The notes beneath the pieces are model-generated. The model ran no database searches. It was not told the DNA's origin and worked only from the letters and a program-made list of their open reading frames with translations. Shown in pieces: positions 8,723 through 17,458 of a stretch of DNA of 57,901 bases (positions within the stretch are counted from its first letter, which is position 1; the number at the start of each line of letters is the position of its first letter). This DNA comes from Candidatus Saccharimonadia bacterium (GTDB taxonomy: Bacteria > Patescibacteriota > Saccharimonadia > UBA4664 > SCTI01): NCBI GenBank assembly GCA_046597065.1, contig JBKJLI010000003.1, forward strand, positions 356,841 through 414,741. Direction: 5' to 3'. The position numbers and the translations under genes are program-made.

Positions 8723-9766
8723 ATGCACATGACATTCATTCACGAAACCGAAATTATCTCTCTTTCTAGCATATTGCTGCTGGGCTTTGCTGGCTTTGCG
8801 CTATCAATGCTACTTACACCTATATATACCCATTTTGCCTATAAGCTTAAATGGTGGAAGCAACTACGTGACACGGCCGTTACGGGAGAGAAAGCACCGA
8901 TTTTTCATAAACTCCACGCCGCCAAGCACAAGCGTCACTTACCGACCATGGGTGGAATTGTTATTATCGCCGCTATTGCGATTGTAACGGCCACGCTTAA
9001 CTTAAGTCGCAGTCAAACCTACCTACCGCTGTTTGTACTAATAGCGGCCGGAGCGGTGGGGTTACTCGATGATTACATCAATATTCGCGGCGATGGCAAG
9101 GGGGTTGCCGGATTGCGTAGCAAGCTTAAGTTTTGGCTGATATTTGGTGTGGCTACACTGGCAGGTTTGTATTTCTATTACAAATTGGGCTACAGCATGA
9201 TACATGTACCGGCGGTGGGAGACTTTAATATTGGCTGGCTATATATACCCCTGATCATTGCAGTAGTGGTTTCTACTGCCAACGCCGTTAATATTACCGA
9301 CGGTCTTGATGGCCTATCGGGCGGGCTGCTTTCAACCGCCTTTTCGGCCTACGGAGTAATAGCTTACTTTCAGGGCAGTTTTGGTATCGCGGCCTTTTGC
9401 GCCACGGTAGTGGGTGTAATGCTTACCTACACTTGGTTCAATATTTTCCCAGCCCGTTTCTTAATGGGGGATTCCGGAGCTTTTGCCTTAGGCACCACCC
9501 TAGGTGTGATCGCGGTGTTAACCAATGCGGTATTAGTTTTGCCAATTATTGGTGCAGTGTTTGTGGTCGAGGCCGGCTCTAGTGCATTACAGATATTTTC
9601 AAAAAAGGTGTTTAAACGCAAAATCTTTATATCTGCACCAATCCATCATCACTTTGAGGCCTTGGGATGGCATGAATCACGTGTAACCATGCGCTTTTGG
9701 GTGGTTGGGCAGGTATTCGGCGTCATTGGATTAATTATCGGTTTGCTGGGCAACCATGTACTTTAA
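8723..9766 (+). CDS. mraY: Phospho-N-acetylmuramoyl-pentapeptide transferase MraY
   Basis: PTMGG, DDYINI, NAVNITDGLDGL, MGDSGAFALG, APIHHHFE. Confidence 0.95.
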   Translation: MHMTFIHETEIISLSSILLLGFAGFALSMLLTPIYTHFAYKLKWWKQLRDTAVTGEKAPIFHKLHAAKHKRHLPTMGGIVIIAAIAIVTATLNLSRSQTYLPLFVLIAAGAVGLLDDYINIRGDGKGVAGLRSKLKFWLIFGVATLAGLYFYYKLGYSMIHVPAVGDFNIGWLYIPLIIAVVVSTANAVNITDGLDGLSGGLLSTAFSAYGVIAYFQGSFGIAAFCATVVGVMLTYTWFNIFPARFLMGDSGAFALGTTLGVIAVLTNAVLVLPIIGAVFVVEAGSSALQIFSKKVFKRKIFISAPIHHHFEALGWHESRVTMRFWVVGQVFGVIGLIIGLLGNHVL

Positions 9767-9796
9767 ACAAACTGATTAGATATAAACAATACCAAA

Positions 9797-11038
9797 ATGG
9801 CACAAATCCAAACCACTCGAAATAATTCAAACCAAATGCAAGCCCGCGGTCATCGTGGCGACTACGTTTTAGCTTTGGCGGTTTTTATACTGATGGCTTT
9901 TGGACTAATCATGATGTACAACATTAATCCGGCTCTTAGCCAAAAGTTGCTGGGCCGAGTAGATAGTGGTTACTACTTTCGTGGCCAGCTCGAAAATATT
10001 GCTATCGCTACTGTGGCTTGGGCGATTGCCATCAACATTTATTATCAACGTTGGCGCAAGCTCGCTGTGCCGCTATTAATAGGAGCTTTGTTTGGATTAA
10101 TCTTACTAATGGTCCCAGCCTTAAGTTTTTCCAAAAATGGCGCAACCAGATGGCTTAGCCTCGGTCCATTTTCATTCCAACCCGCTGAGCTGCTTAAACT
10201 GTCATTAATTGTTTATCTGGCCGCATGGTTCGAAAAGCGCCAGGATGATATACGAAGTTTTTTGGATGGCGTTATCCCATTTGTGGTAATGCTTGGAATC
10301 ACAAGTATTGTGGTGGTGATTTTTCAACGCGATATGGGGACCATGATGGTGCTGGCTCTGGCTGCTTTGGGCATGTTTTACGTGGCTGGTATTCGATTTC
10401 AACACCTTTTGTTGATCATGGCGACTGGTGTAACGGCTGGCTGGCTAGCTATTATTACTTTTCCGCACCGGTTAAGTCGGCTAGCTACCTTTTTGGACCC
10501 AGGTAAGGACGCCACCGGAGGGGGCTATCATATCAGCCAAGCCCTGATTGCGATCGGCAGCGGTGGGGTGTTAGGGTTGGGATTGGGTAAAAGTATACAG
10601 ATTTATGGCTATTTACCCGAGGCTTCAAACGACTCTATTTTTGCGATTATCGGCGAGGAGTTTGGGTTGATTGGTGCAGTTATCATCATTGGCCTGTTCG
10701 GGATTGTAGTATACCGGGGCATCGAAATTGCTAGGCGTGCCCCCGATCTGTTCGGCCGTTTGGTAGCCACCGGCATTACCTTAATAATTCTTTTCCAGTC
10801 GTTTATTAACATCGCAGCCATGCTGGCTTTGGTGCCCTTGACGGGTATACCGTTACCATTTATCAGCTACGGGGGCTCAAGCCTGGTGATAATGCTGTTC
10901 GCAACTGGTATGCTATTTAATATCTCTAGATACACTGTAAACGAGGAAGCTTATGCGGATAGTCGTCAGCGGCGGGGGGACAGCCGGCCACATCTCACCG
11001 GTTCTAGCGGTCGCCGACGCGTTAGCCCAGCGCGCTAA
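9797..11038 (+). CDS. ftsW: SEDS family peptidoglycan glycosyltransferase FtsW
   Basis: About 10 predicted TM segments. FQPAELLKL, LPEASNDSIFAIIGEEFG, TGIPLPFISYGGSS. The 3' end overlaps murG by 86 nt in another frame. Confidence 0.9.
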   Translation: MAQIQTTRNNSNQMQARGHRGDYVLALAVFILMAFGLIMMYNINPALSQKLLGRVDSGYYFRGQLENIAIATVAWAIAINIYYQRWRKLAVPLLIGALFGLILLMVPALSFSKNGATRWLSLGPFSFQPAELLKLSLIVYLAAWFEKRQDDIRSFLDGVIPFVVMLGITSIVVVIFQRDMGTMMVLALAALGMFYVAGIRFQHLLLIMATGVTAGWLAIITFPHRLSRLATFLDPGKDATGGGYHISQALIAIGSGGVLGLGLGKSIQIYGYLPEASNDSIFAIIGEEFGLIGAVIIIGLFGIVVYRGIEIARRAPDLFGRLVATGITLIILFQSFINIAAMLALVPLTGIPLPFISYGGSSLVIMLFATGMLFNISRYTVNEEAYADSRQRRGDSRPHLTGSSGRRRVSPAR

Positions 11039-12155
11039 GGCCACTAAATTAGCCGGTAACGGCTCGGGTTCACTCGAGCTGCTCTACATTGGCGAAGCTG
11101 GTGGCATCGAAGAGCGCTTGGCTGTCACTGCCGGACTGCACTTTGCTGGTATCCCGGCCGGTAAGTTTCGTAGAATCGGAGGAGTTTCGTGGCTGCGTCA
11201 GCTGGTTGATGTACCAATGCAAGCCAATAACCTGCGCGACATTGGCAGGATTTACCGAGGTTACCGCCAGGCACGAAGGCTAATCCACGATTTCAAACCA
11301 GATGTGGTGTTTGTTAAAGGTGGCGGTGTTGGTATGCCGGTTGGCCGTGCGGCTCACAGCTTAGGTGTGCCATTGGTTGTCCACGAATCGGATGTTGTGC
11401 CGGGCTTAGGTACAAAACTTCTCAGCGGGTGCTCAAGTAAAATTGCTGTGGGTTTCCCAGTCGAAGCTTACGCAGGGGGTATCTTGCCGGCCTCTAAATT
11501 GGTATATATAGGCGCCCCTTTACCGCCAGGGCAAACCTCCGGTACGATTGCCAGCGCTCGAAAGCGATTTAAGCTTGATGCCAAGCGGCAAGTCATCTTG
11601 GTGCTCGGGGGCAGCCAAGGGTCGCGTGCTATCAACCAGGCCGTTATCGCCCAAATTAAGTCTCTAGCTGCCGCCGGCCAGCTAATTCATCAGGCAGGAG
11701 AAGGCGAATTACCCAGTATAATGACTCAGCCAGCTGCCAGAATGCCTGGATACCAGGTTTATGGTTTTTTGGACGCATCTGCAATGGGCGATGCTTATGC
11801 AGTGGCCGACATTGTGATTGCGCGAGCCGGTGCGAATACAATTGCTGATCTGGCGGCCAACGCTAAGCCAGCCATCATCATCCCTAACCAAGAATCTGCC
11901 GCTCATCAGTTAGCTAATGCTCGTTGGTTAAGTAAATTTGGAGCCGCCGAAATTCTGTCCGAAGATGATATTGATTCACTTGCAACTGTTACCACCAAAC
12001 TACTTCATTCCCCAGATCGACTTAAGCGATTATCTCGCACCATATCAACCTTAGATAACCCCGAAGCAGCCTCTAAGCTAGCAGAACTAATAGAGGGTGT
12101 GTCGGGACATAAGTCAGCCCAGAGCTCAAAAATTGGCGTTAGAGGGAGCCTGTGA
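10953..12155 (+). CDS. murG: UDP-N-acetylglucosamine--LPS/lipid I N-acetylglucosamine transferase MurG
   Basis: Canonical N-terminus MRIVVSGGGTAGHISP, C-terminal GT28 region RAGANTIADL. Confidence 0.9.
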   Translation: MRIVVSGGGTAGHISPVLAVADALAQRAKATKLAGNGSGSLELLYIGEAGGIEERLAVTAGLHFAGIPAGKFRRIGGVSWLRQLVDVPMQANNLRDIGRIYRGYRQARRLIHDFKPDVVFVKGGGVGMPVGRAAHSLGVPLVVHESDVVPGLGTKLLSGCSSKIAVGFPVEAYAGGILPASKLVYIGAPLPPGQTSGTIASARKRFKLDAKRQVILVLGGSQGSRAINQAVIAQIKSLAAAGQLIHQAGEGELPSIMTQPAARMPGYQVYGFLDASAMGDAYAVADIVIARAGANTIADLAANAKPAIIIPNQESAAHQLANARWLSKFGAAEILSEDDIDSLATVTTKLLHSPDRLKRLSRTISTLDNPEAASKLAELIEGVSGHKSAQSSKIGVRGSL

Positions 12156-12964
12156 GGCCACAGCGGCAGGTAAAACGCGCCGGTGCTCGACCCAACTACG
12201 CCCGCCGTGACCAGCCAGTACGCCGTTCGGCGCCAAGGGGGCCACGCCTAAAGATTGGCTGGGTGCGGCCGGCAATAATTGCCTTAGCCTTAGTAGTCAT
12301 AATGGGCTTGGTTTCAAGTGCTACAAGATTGCAAAAAATCACCATCAGCGGGCAGCAGAGTCTTGATGGTGATCACCTAACTAGGGTGGCCGAGGAGGGC
12401 GCTCGGCGGCAGTGGTTTGGCGGTAACACTCTACTGCTAAACACGGGGGCTCTGCAGAATTATATCGAACAAGCCGAACCGGGGGTTAGGCAGGCCAAAG
12501 TATCAAGGAGTGGGCTACACCAGGCTCGCGTGGTAGTTAACGAGCGCCAACCCAGCCTAAATTGGAAGAGTGGGGCAGCGCTTTACCTACTTGATAGCGA
12601 TGGTACCGTTATTGGGGAGAGTAGGGGTGTATATGTTAAGTTGCCGGTTGTGATCGATAGCAACAGCCTACCGGTTAAGGTGGGTGATAGAGTGGCCCCA
12701 ACCGCCTTTGTTAGCTTCACAACCGAGTTTGTTGGTAAGCTGGCCGGCTTGGGTCTAGTTGCGACCGAGATTACAGTGCCGGCCTCTACTAGCGAGTTGT
12801 ACATTAAAACTAACCAAGGTTACACCCTAAAGCTAGATACCACTCGCTCAGCAGCAGGGGAGATAGAGGACCTTCAAGCCGTTAAGAAAGAACTAGCGCG
12901 AGCAAAAAAGTTACCGGCCGACTATATAGACCTGCGCATAGAAAATAAAGCCTACTACAAGTAA
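12152..12964 (+). CDS. ftsQ: FtsQ-like cell-division protein (TM + POTRA-like domain)
   Basis: GTGA start/stop overlap with murG. Basic N-terminus, single TM, beta-rich periplasmic part, in the usual dcw position after murG. Confidence 0.65.
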   Translation: MRPQRQVKRAGARPNYARRDQPVRRSAPRGPRLKIGWVRPAIIALALVVIMGLVSSATRLQKITISGQQSLDGDHLTRVAEEGARRQWFGGNTLLLNTGALQNYIEQAEPGVRQAKVSRSGLHQARVVVNERQPSLNWKSGAALYLLDSDGTVIGESRGVYVKLPVVIDSNSLPVKVGDRVAPTAFVSFTTEFVGKLAGLGLVATEITVPASTSELYIKTNQGYTLKLDTTRSAAGEIEDLQAVKKELARAKKLPADYIDLRIENKAYYK

Positions 12965-13357
12965 GGGCAGTATGACCTTAGCAACTCCTCTACTTCACCT
13001 CCCTGTTCGGTTTTTGTTTAGATAGAAATAAATTTGGTTTGGCTAGAGAGAAAAATAATTAGTTAGATTTAAGAATGGGGGAGATGGTGGGGTAGTAGCA
13101 TTTATTATCAGTAGATTAACTATCAAGCAATTAAATGCCGAGGCTGGGCTAACGACTTAAGCTTAATAAATCGGCTAAGTTCAGCATAAGTCGAATTTAC
13201 AACGGGCCATCGGCAGCCATCATCTCAAACATAACCTATCAATATGAAGATAAAACTAAGACTAAATACGGGGCATTAAGGCGGCTATTAACCCTTTACT
13301 AAGCCATAACTATAAGTATTAAAGGTACAAACAGTCACGGAAACAATAAATATATCT

Positions 13358-13385
13358 AGTTCGCAAAATATACATTGTGCGACAC
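13358..13385. other. dif-like Xer recombination site candidate
   Basis: AGTTCGCAAAATATACATTGTGCGACAC. Its reverse complement GTGTCGCACAATGTATATTTTGCGAACT matches E. coli dif GGTGCGCATAATGTATATTATGTTAAAT at 20/28 positions by hand count, and at 16/18 over the core CGCA.AATGTATATT.TG. It lies in the ORF-free gap where the + and - gene blocks converge. Confidence 0.5.
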
Positions 13386-13578
13386 TATCAATAAACTCTC
13401 CTCTTAGTCTTTAAGTATGCGCTCGGCGCTTATTATTGATACTAGCCCCGACATCTACGCGTTGCTATTCCCCTTTGTGACATATACATACACTAACTGG
13501 CGCTAATTACGTATAGGCATTAACAATACGTATAATCTTTCGGCTAAAATACCCAATCTGTCCAACGGGTATATAAAT

Positions 13579-16284
13579 TTAGCGTTTAGCCGCAGCCGGC
13601 CTTCTGTTGTCTCGGTTACGCCCTGCGGAGCTATTGCTGTGGTTTCGGTTGCTCCCAGACCCGCCTGAGCTTCGATTTCCACTATTATGGCTGTTGCCTC
13701 GCGCGGCCGAATTAGATGGAGGGTTTGGATTCTTTAGTCCACCCAAAAAGCTGTTTTCAGTGTTCGGTTTATGTTCAGTAGTCGAATTAGCTGAGCTAGA
13801 GTTCTCCCCACCCGCCGAACCGCCATTCATGGCATCGTTATCAGCCTGTCCACTACTCCAATAGGCAATCGCCTTTTCAACGTCCTCGCGGCGCGATCCA
13901 AAGTTAGCGCGAGTATTTTCCATAATTTGTGGCGTAAGATCGTTATCGGGTTCTGGCATACGTAACGTGGTTGCCGAAAATGCTGGCATCTTTTCGCCAT
14001 TCACACTCATACTGATAACAATATGCTGGTTGTGTAGTTTAATTAAGTCGCTCGATTCAAAGTCCGGTTCAAAATACTTTTCGAGAGGCTTGGCATCTTC
14101 TGCCCCAACTCTAAAGGTGATGATAGAGCCAACGTTACCAAATACAGCGTCACGTACCGTCTCAGGCATCTGCGAGATATATTGGTTGGCCACAGTTAGG
14201 TTAAGGCCATACTTACGCGCTTCACTCAAAATCACGGCAAAGCTATCGGTAGCAAAGTTTTGGAATTCATCGACATATAAGTAGAACGGACGACGCTGCT
14301 CTAGCGGAACATTGGCGCGGCTCATTGCGGCCAGCTGTATTTTAGTCACCATCATCGCACCTAGGATGGCAGCATTATCCTCGCCGATCTGCCCGTGCGA
14401 AAGATTAACAATTAAAATCTTACCCTCATCCATAACTTGTCGTAAATCAAAGGCTGACTTGGGCTGACCAATAATATTGCGAATAACTGGGTTGGCGGTA
14501 AAGGCTCCAACTTTGTTAAGTACCGGCGCGACCGCCTCGTTGGCAAATTTGTCGTTCCAGCTGGCAAACTCGTTCACCCAGAAGTTACGCACTACTGGGT
14601 CTTTAATCTCCTTGATAACCTTTTTACGGAACTCCTTTTCGGTAAGCATGCGCGTTATGCCGAGTAGCGTTGAATCGGGATAGTCAAGCAACGCCAAAAT
14701 GGTGTAACGCAGAATGTATTCCAACCGAGGGCCCCAGCTGTCGAACATCCGCTTTAGCACACCAATCATTTCCGAAGAGATGTTGTTTTTCATGACCGGG
14801 TCGTTAACCTCAAGGGGGTTAAAGGCAATCGGGTTGTCGCGGTCGGTTGGGTTAAAATAGATGACGTCCTTAAGTCTGTGCTCTGGAATAAACTGCAGCA
14901 TATCGGTAGCAAAGTCGCCGTGGGGGTCAACAATCGCAAAACCTTCATTATGGTAAATATCCGAGAGAGTTAGAAGGTTAAGTAACTTAGACTTACCGGT
15001 GCCGGTTTGGCCAATTATGTATAAATGTCGCCCACGGTCGACTTTGCGTTTTATTCCAAACTTGTTAGATACACCACGGAAGTTAGTTAGACCGAACAAA
15101 CTGACTTCGCCTGGTTCTACCGTACCCTCTACTGGTAGATTCGGAGGTGGCTCCGAGGTTTTTACGGTCGACCACACCATGCTAGGTGTCTCTACGCTCT
15201 TATGGGGTAAGTGATAAATGCTTGCTAGCTCTTCAATGTTTAAGGTGTCTCCCCTATCTGCAAACAAACGCGCACGGTAATCTTGCAGACCATCGGGTCC
15301 TTTATTAATCCCCTCCGCCATAAAGCCGTTTAGATTGGTAGTATTAAACTGCTTAAAACCACCAACAATCGCTTGGATCCGACTTTTGGCCACATCGGGG
15401 TTGTTACCAAGATAGGTCACTCGCACCTTAACCTGGTAGCCAAGTTTTTGAGCCTTTTCTTCTACCGCCTTGATCACCGTCTGCTGGCCGGTAGATAGCT
15501 TGCTGTCGTCCTTTTTACCATCCTTGGGGGCCTCTGGCGGCACAAACAAGGCTTTAAAAAAGTTACTAAGAACGTAAATTGGTAATTCGATTAACTGTGG
15601 TAACACCTGCCGGTGTAGCGATACCGACTTGCCGTTCTTAACCTCATCTATAAAAGCGTGGCCCTTGTCTTGCCAATCGTCCTCAACTGGCCGTGCTAGA
15701 ATTTGGATCCACATCTCCTCGCCGGCTTGTTCCAGCTTGGCTAGCACTGCTGTAATGCCGGCCAGTGGGTCGACTTCAAAGGTGGCAAAGGTCTTTATCG
15801 GTAATACATCGGCCTTGGTTAAGTGCAGCTCAGTGGTATATGCATGGCGCTCCCCTACCTTGGTGCGGGCGTAATCTTCGACTCCTTCGCGGATTCGTAC
15901 GTTGGGGTACTGGGCGTAAATTTGACCCTCAACAAAATCCTTTAGGTGCTTAGGTGTCCAGACGTAAAAATGAATCCGCCCTTCGATTGAGGCTAGCTCT
16001 AGGCTGATGTGTTCTTGCAGCGATCCCTCGCGATCAAGTTCTGCTTTGGGGCGCAATATGCCGTGTAAGCTGGCGAACATCTGCTCAGCTGAAAGCTCTT
16101 TTTTTTCATTGTCTTTCGGTACCTCAATCATCAGCATGATGTGATCGGTTTGGTTAACCCATTGCTCGCGGCGGCGATTTTGCCAGATTAAATAACCTAA
16201 AATTAGGGCAATGACTACCCAGCCATAAAGCTTAAATAGCACAATTCCCAAAATTTGTATCACGCCGATGAGTATCCCTCCCAA
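13579..16284 (-). CDS. Membrane-anchored P-loop ATPase of the VirD4/TraD (type IV coupling protein) / FtsK-HerA superfamily, with a low-complexity S/N/G-rich tail
   Basis: Two N-terminal TM helices. Walker A IIGQTGTGKSKL, Walker B-like RPFYLYVDEFQNF, then RKYGLNLTVANQY. TTG start 5 nt after the stop of the upstream gene. Confidence 0.7.
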   Translation of the reverse strand: MGGILIGVIQILGIVLFKLYGWVVIALILGYLIWQNRRREQWVNQTDHIMLMIEVPKDNEKKELSAEQMFASLHGILRPKAELDREGSLQEHISLELASIEGRIHFYVWTPKHLKDFVEGQIYAQYPNVRIREGVEDYARTKVGERHAYTTELHLTKADVLPIKTFATFEVDPLAGITAVLAKLEQAGEEMWIQILARPVEDDWQDKGHAFIDEVKNGKSVSLHRQVLPQLIELPIYVLSNFFKALFVPPEAPKDGKKDDSKLSTGQQTVIKAVEEKAQKLGYQVKVRVTYLGNNPDVAKSRIQAIVGGFKQFNTTNLNGFMAEGINKGPDGLQDYRARLFADRGDTLNIEELASIYHLPHKSVETPSMVWSTVKTSEPPPNLPVEGTVEPGEVSLFGLTNFRGVSNKFGIKRKVDRGRHLYIIGQTGTGKSKLLNLLTLSDIYHNEGFAIVDPHGDFATDMLQFIPEHRLKDVIYFNPTDRDNPIAFNPLEVNDPVMKNNISSEMIGVLKRMFDSWGPRLEYILRYTILALLDYPDSTLLGITRMLTEKEFRKKVIKEIKDPVVRNFWVNEFASWNDKFANEAVAPVLNKVGAFTANPVIRNIIGQPKSAFDLRQVMDEGKILIVNLSHGQIGEDNAAILGAMMVTKIQLAAMSRANVPLEQRRPFYLYVDEFQNFATDSFAVILSEARKYGLNLTVANQYISQMPETVRDAVFGNVGSIITFRVGAEDAKPLEKYFEPDFESSDLIKLHNQHIVISMSVNGEKMPAFSATTLRMPEPDNDLTPQIMENTRANFGSRREDVEKAIAYWSSGQADNDAMNGGSAGGENSSSANSTTEHKPNTENSFLGGLKNPNPPSNSAARGNSHNSGNRSSGGSGSNRNHSNSSAGRNRDNRRPAAAKR

Positions 16285-16289
16285 GGTGG

Positions 16290-17321
16290 TTACCTCAACG
16301 CATAAGTGGCTTTGGCCACTCGTTCAAACTGGTCTTTTTCTTGAAGGTTCAAAACAATAGTGGTGGTTTTAACCTGGCGCTTTTTAAGCACACGGCGCAC
16401 GATCTCATCTTTATGCAGTGGCGACTCGGCCTTTAAAACGTCGGTAATAATATCGGCGACAGTTCCAGGGGTATAGCCCCAATCAGCCAGGGCGTAAATG
16501 CCTCGCCCTACTAGAACGAACCGAGGGTCTTTAATTAGTTCATTGTGTACCGCTTGCACGGTAACGTTGCGCTTTCGACTGCCCAAATCAGCAATTCGGC
16601 CGGCAATCTCGCTAAAGTGAAGTGGCTGACCATGTTTGTTTAGAACTAAGTAGGTTTTATCGCGGATCGAACGTGGGTTAACTTCTGGCCAGTGGCTAAG
16701 CCCCCACTGTCCATCGAGCTCTTCGATATGCTTAGAAGCTCGAGCAAGATTTTCAATGGTCACACGCTGCTCGTTAGGCGCGGCTTTGGAATGTAAACTA
16801 TCAATCGACATTGGCTTGCCCACACGCTTTAAGTGACCGGTTAGCTGGTCACTAAGGGTTTTTAACTTGGTGCGATCGTATTCAGGTAGCAGGCTGATGG
16901 CGGCGTGGTAGTGGTCGCTGTCGTCAATTACATGAACCGAGGGAGCCAACGTAGCTAAAAAGCTAATATAAGTTTGCTCCGACGGAGTCTTGGCGCCAAT
17001 TGCCGTAGCAACTTCCTTTAGTAGGCGGATATTGCCGCCAGCTTCTAAATGGCGCTTAAGTAAAGCATCAATCTGCTGTAGCTCAGGGGTGGCTAGAGCT
17101 TGAAGCTTAGTGGTTGCGCTTTTTTCGATCTGGCGAACACGCTCGCGGGTTATACCAAACTGGCCACCGATTTTCTCAAGTGTCTGGCGCTTTTCGGCAC
17201 CCAGGCTGTAGCGTGCGGCTACAATTTGACGATCGCGCTCATGCCGCAGCGCACCCAAAATCGCTTCGGCGACGGTGCGGTAATCAAGCTCAGGCTGTAC
17301 AGATGTAGATTCGGTATTCAT
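16290..17321 (-). CDS. DNA-binding protein with a sigma-70 region-4-like HTH and a C-terminal HARE-HTH-like domain
   Basis: RQIVAARYSLGAEKRQTLEKIGGQFGITRERVRQIEKSATTKL (sigma r4 pattern). C-terminal LHFSEIAGRIADL...VHNELIKDPRFVLVGRGIYALADWGY (HARE-HTH pattern). Confidence 0.65.
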   Translation of the reverse strand: MNTESTSVQPELDYRTVAEAILGALRHERDRQIVAARYSLGAEKRQTLEKIGGQFGITRERVRQIEKSATTKLQALATPELQQIDALLKRHLEAGGNIRLLKEVATAIGAKTPSEQTYISFLATLAPSVHVIDDSDHYHAAISLLPEYDRTKLKTLSDQLTGHLKRVGKPMSIDSLHSKAAPNEQRVTIENLARASKHIEELDGQWGLSHWPEVNPRSIRDKTYLVLNKHGQPLHFSEIAGRIADLGSRKRNVTVQAVHNELIKDPRFVLVGRGIYALADWGYTPGTVADIITDVLKAESPLHKDEIVRRVLKKRQVKTTTIVLNLQEKDQFERVAKATYALR

Positions 17322-17387
17322 AGTTTGGTGATGATTGATGTGTTGGCAGCCAAATTAACCCTCACTGCCACGATCTATCTGAAACAA

Positions 17388-17416
17388 ATTATAAAATATG
17401 AATTCAAAAGTGTCAA
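17388..17416 (-). promoter_or_regulatory. Perfect-consensus sigma70 promoter (TTGACA-17 nt-TATAAT) for the HTH/ATPase operon
   Basis: On the - strand: TTGACA = complement of 17411-17416, TATAAT = complement of 17388-17393, spacer exactly 17 nt, about 60 nt upstream of the ATG at 17321. Confidence 0.7.
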
Positions 17417-17458
17417 CTATCAATTTTAAGGGAAATGTTGAACACTTCTACCTAATTA

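Noticed and set aside
12965-13578. Considered oriC for the AT-rich gap (several TATCAA-like words).
   Set aside because: Genes converge on the gap rather than diverge from it, no dnaA/dnaN is adjacent, and no good TTATCCACA boxes are present. A terminus interpretation fits better.
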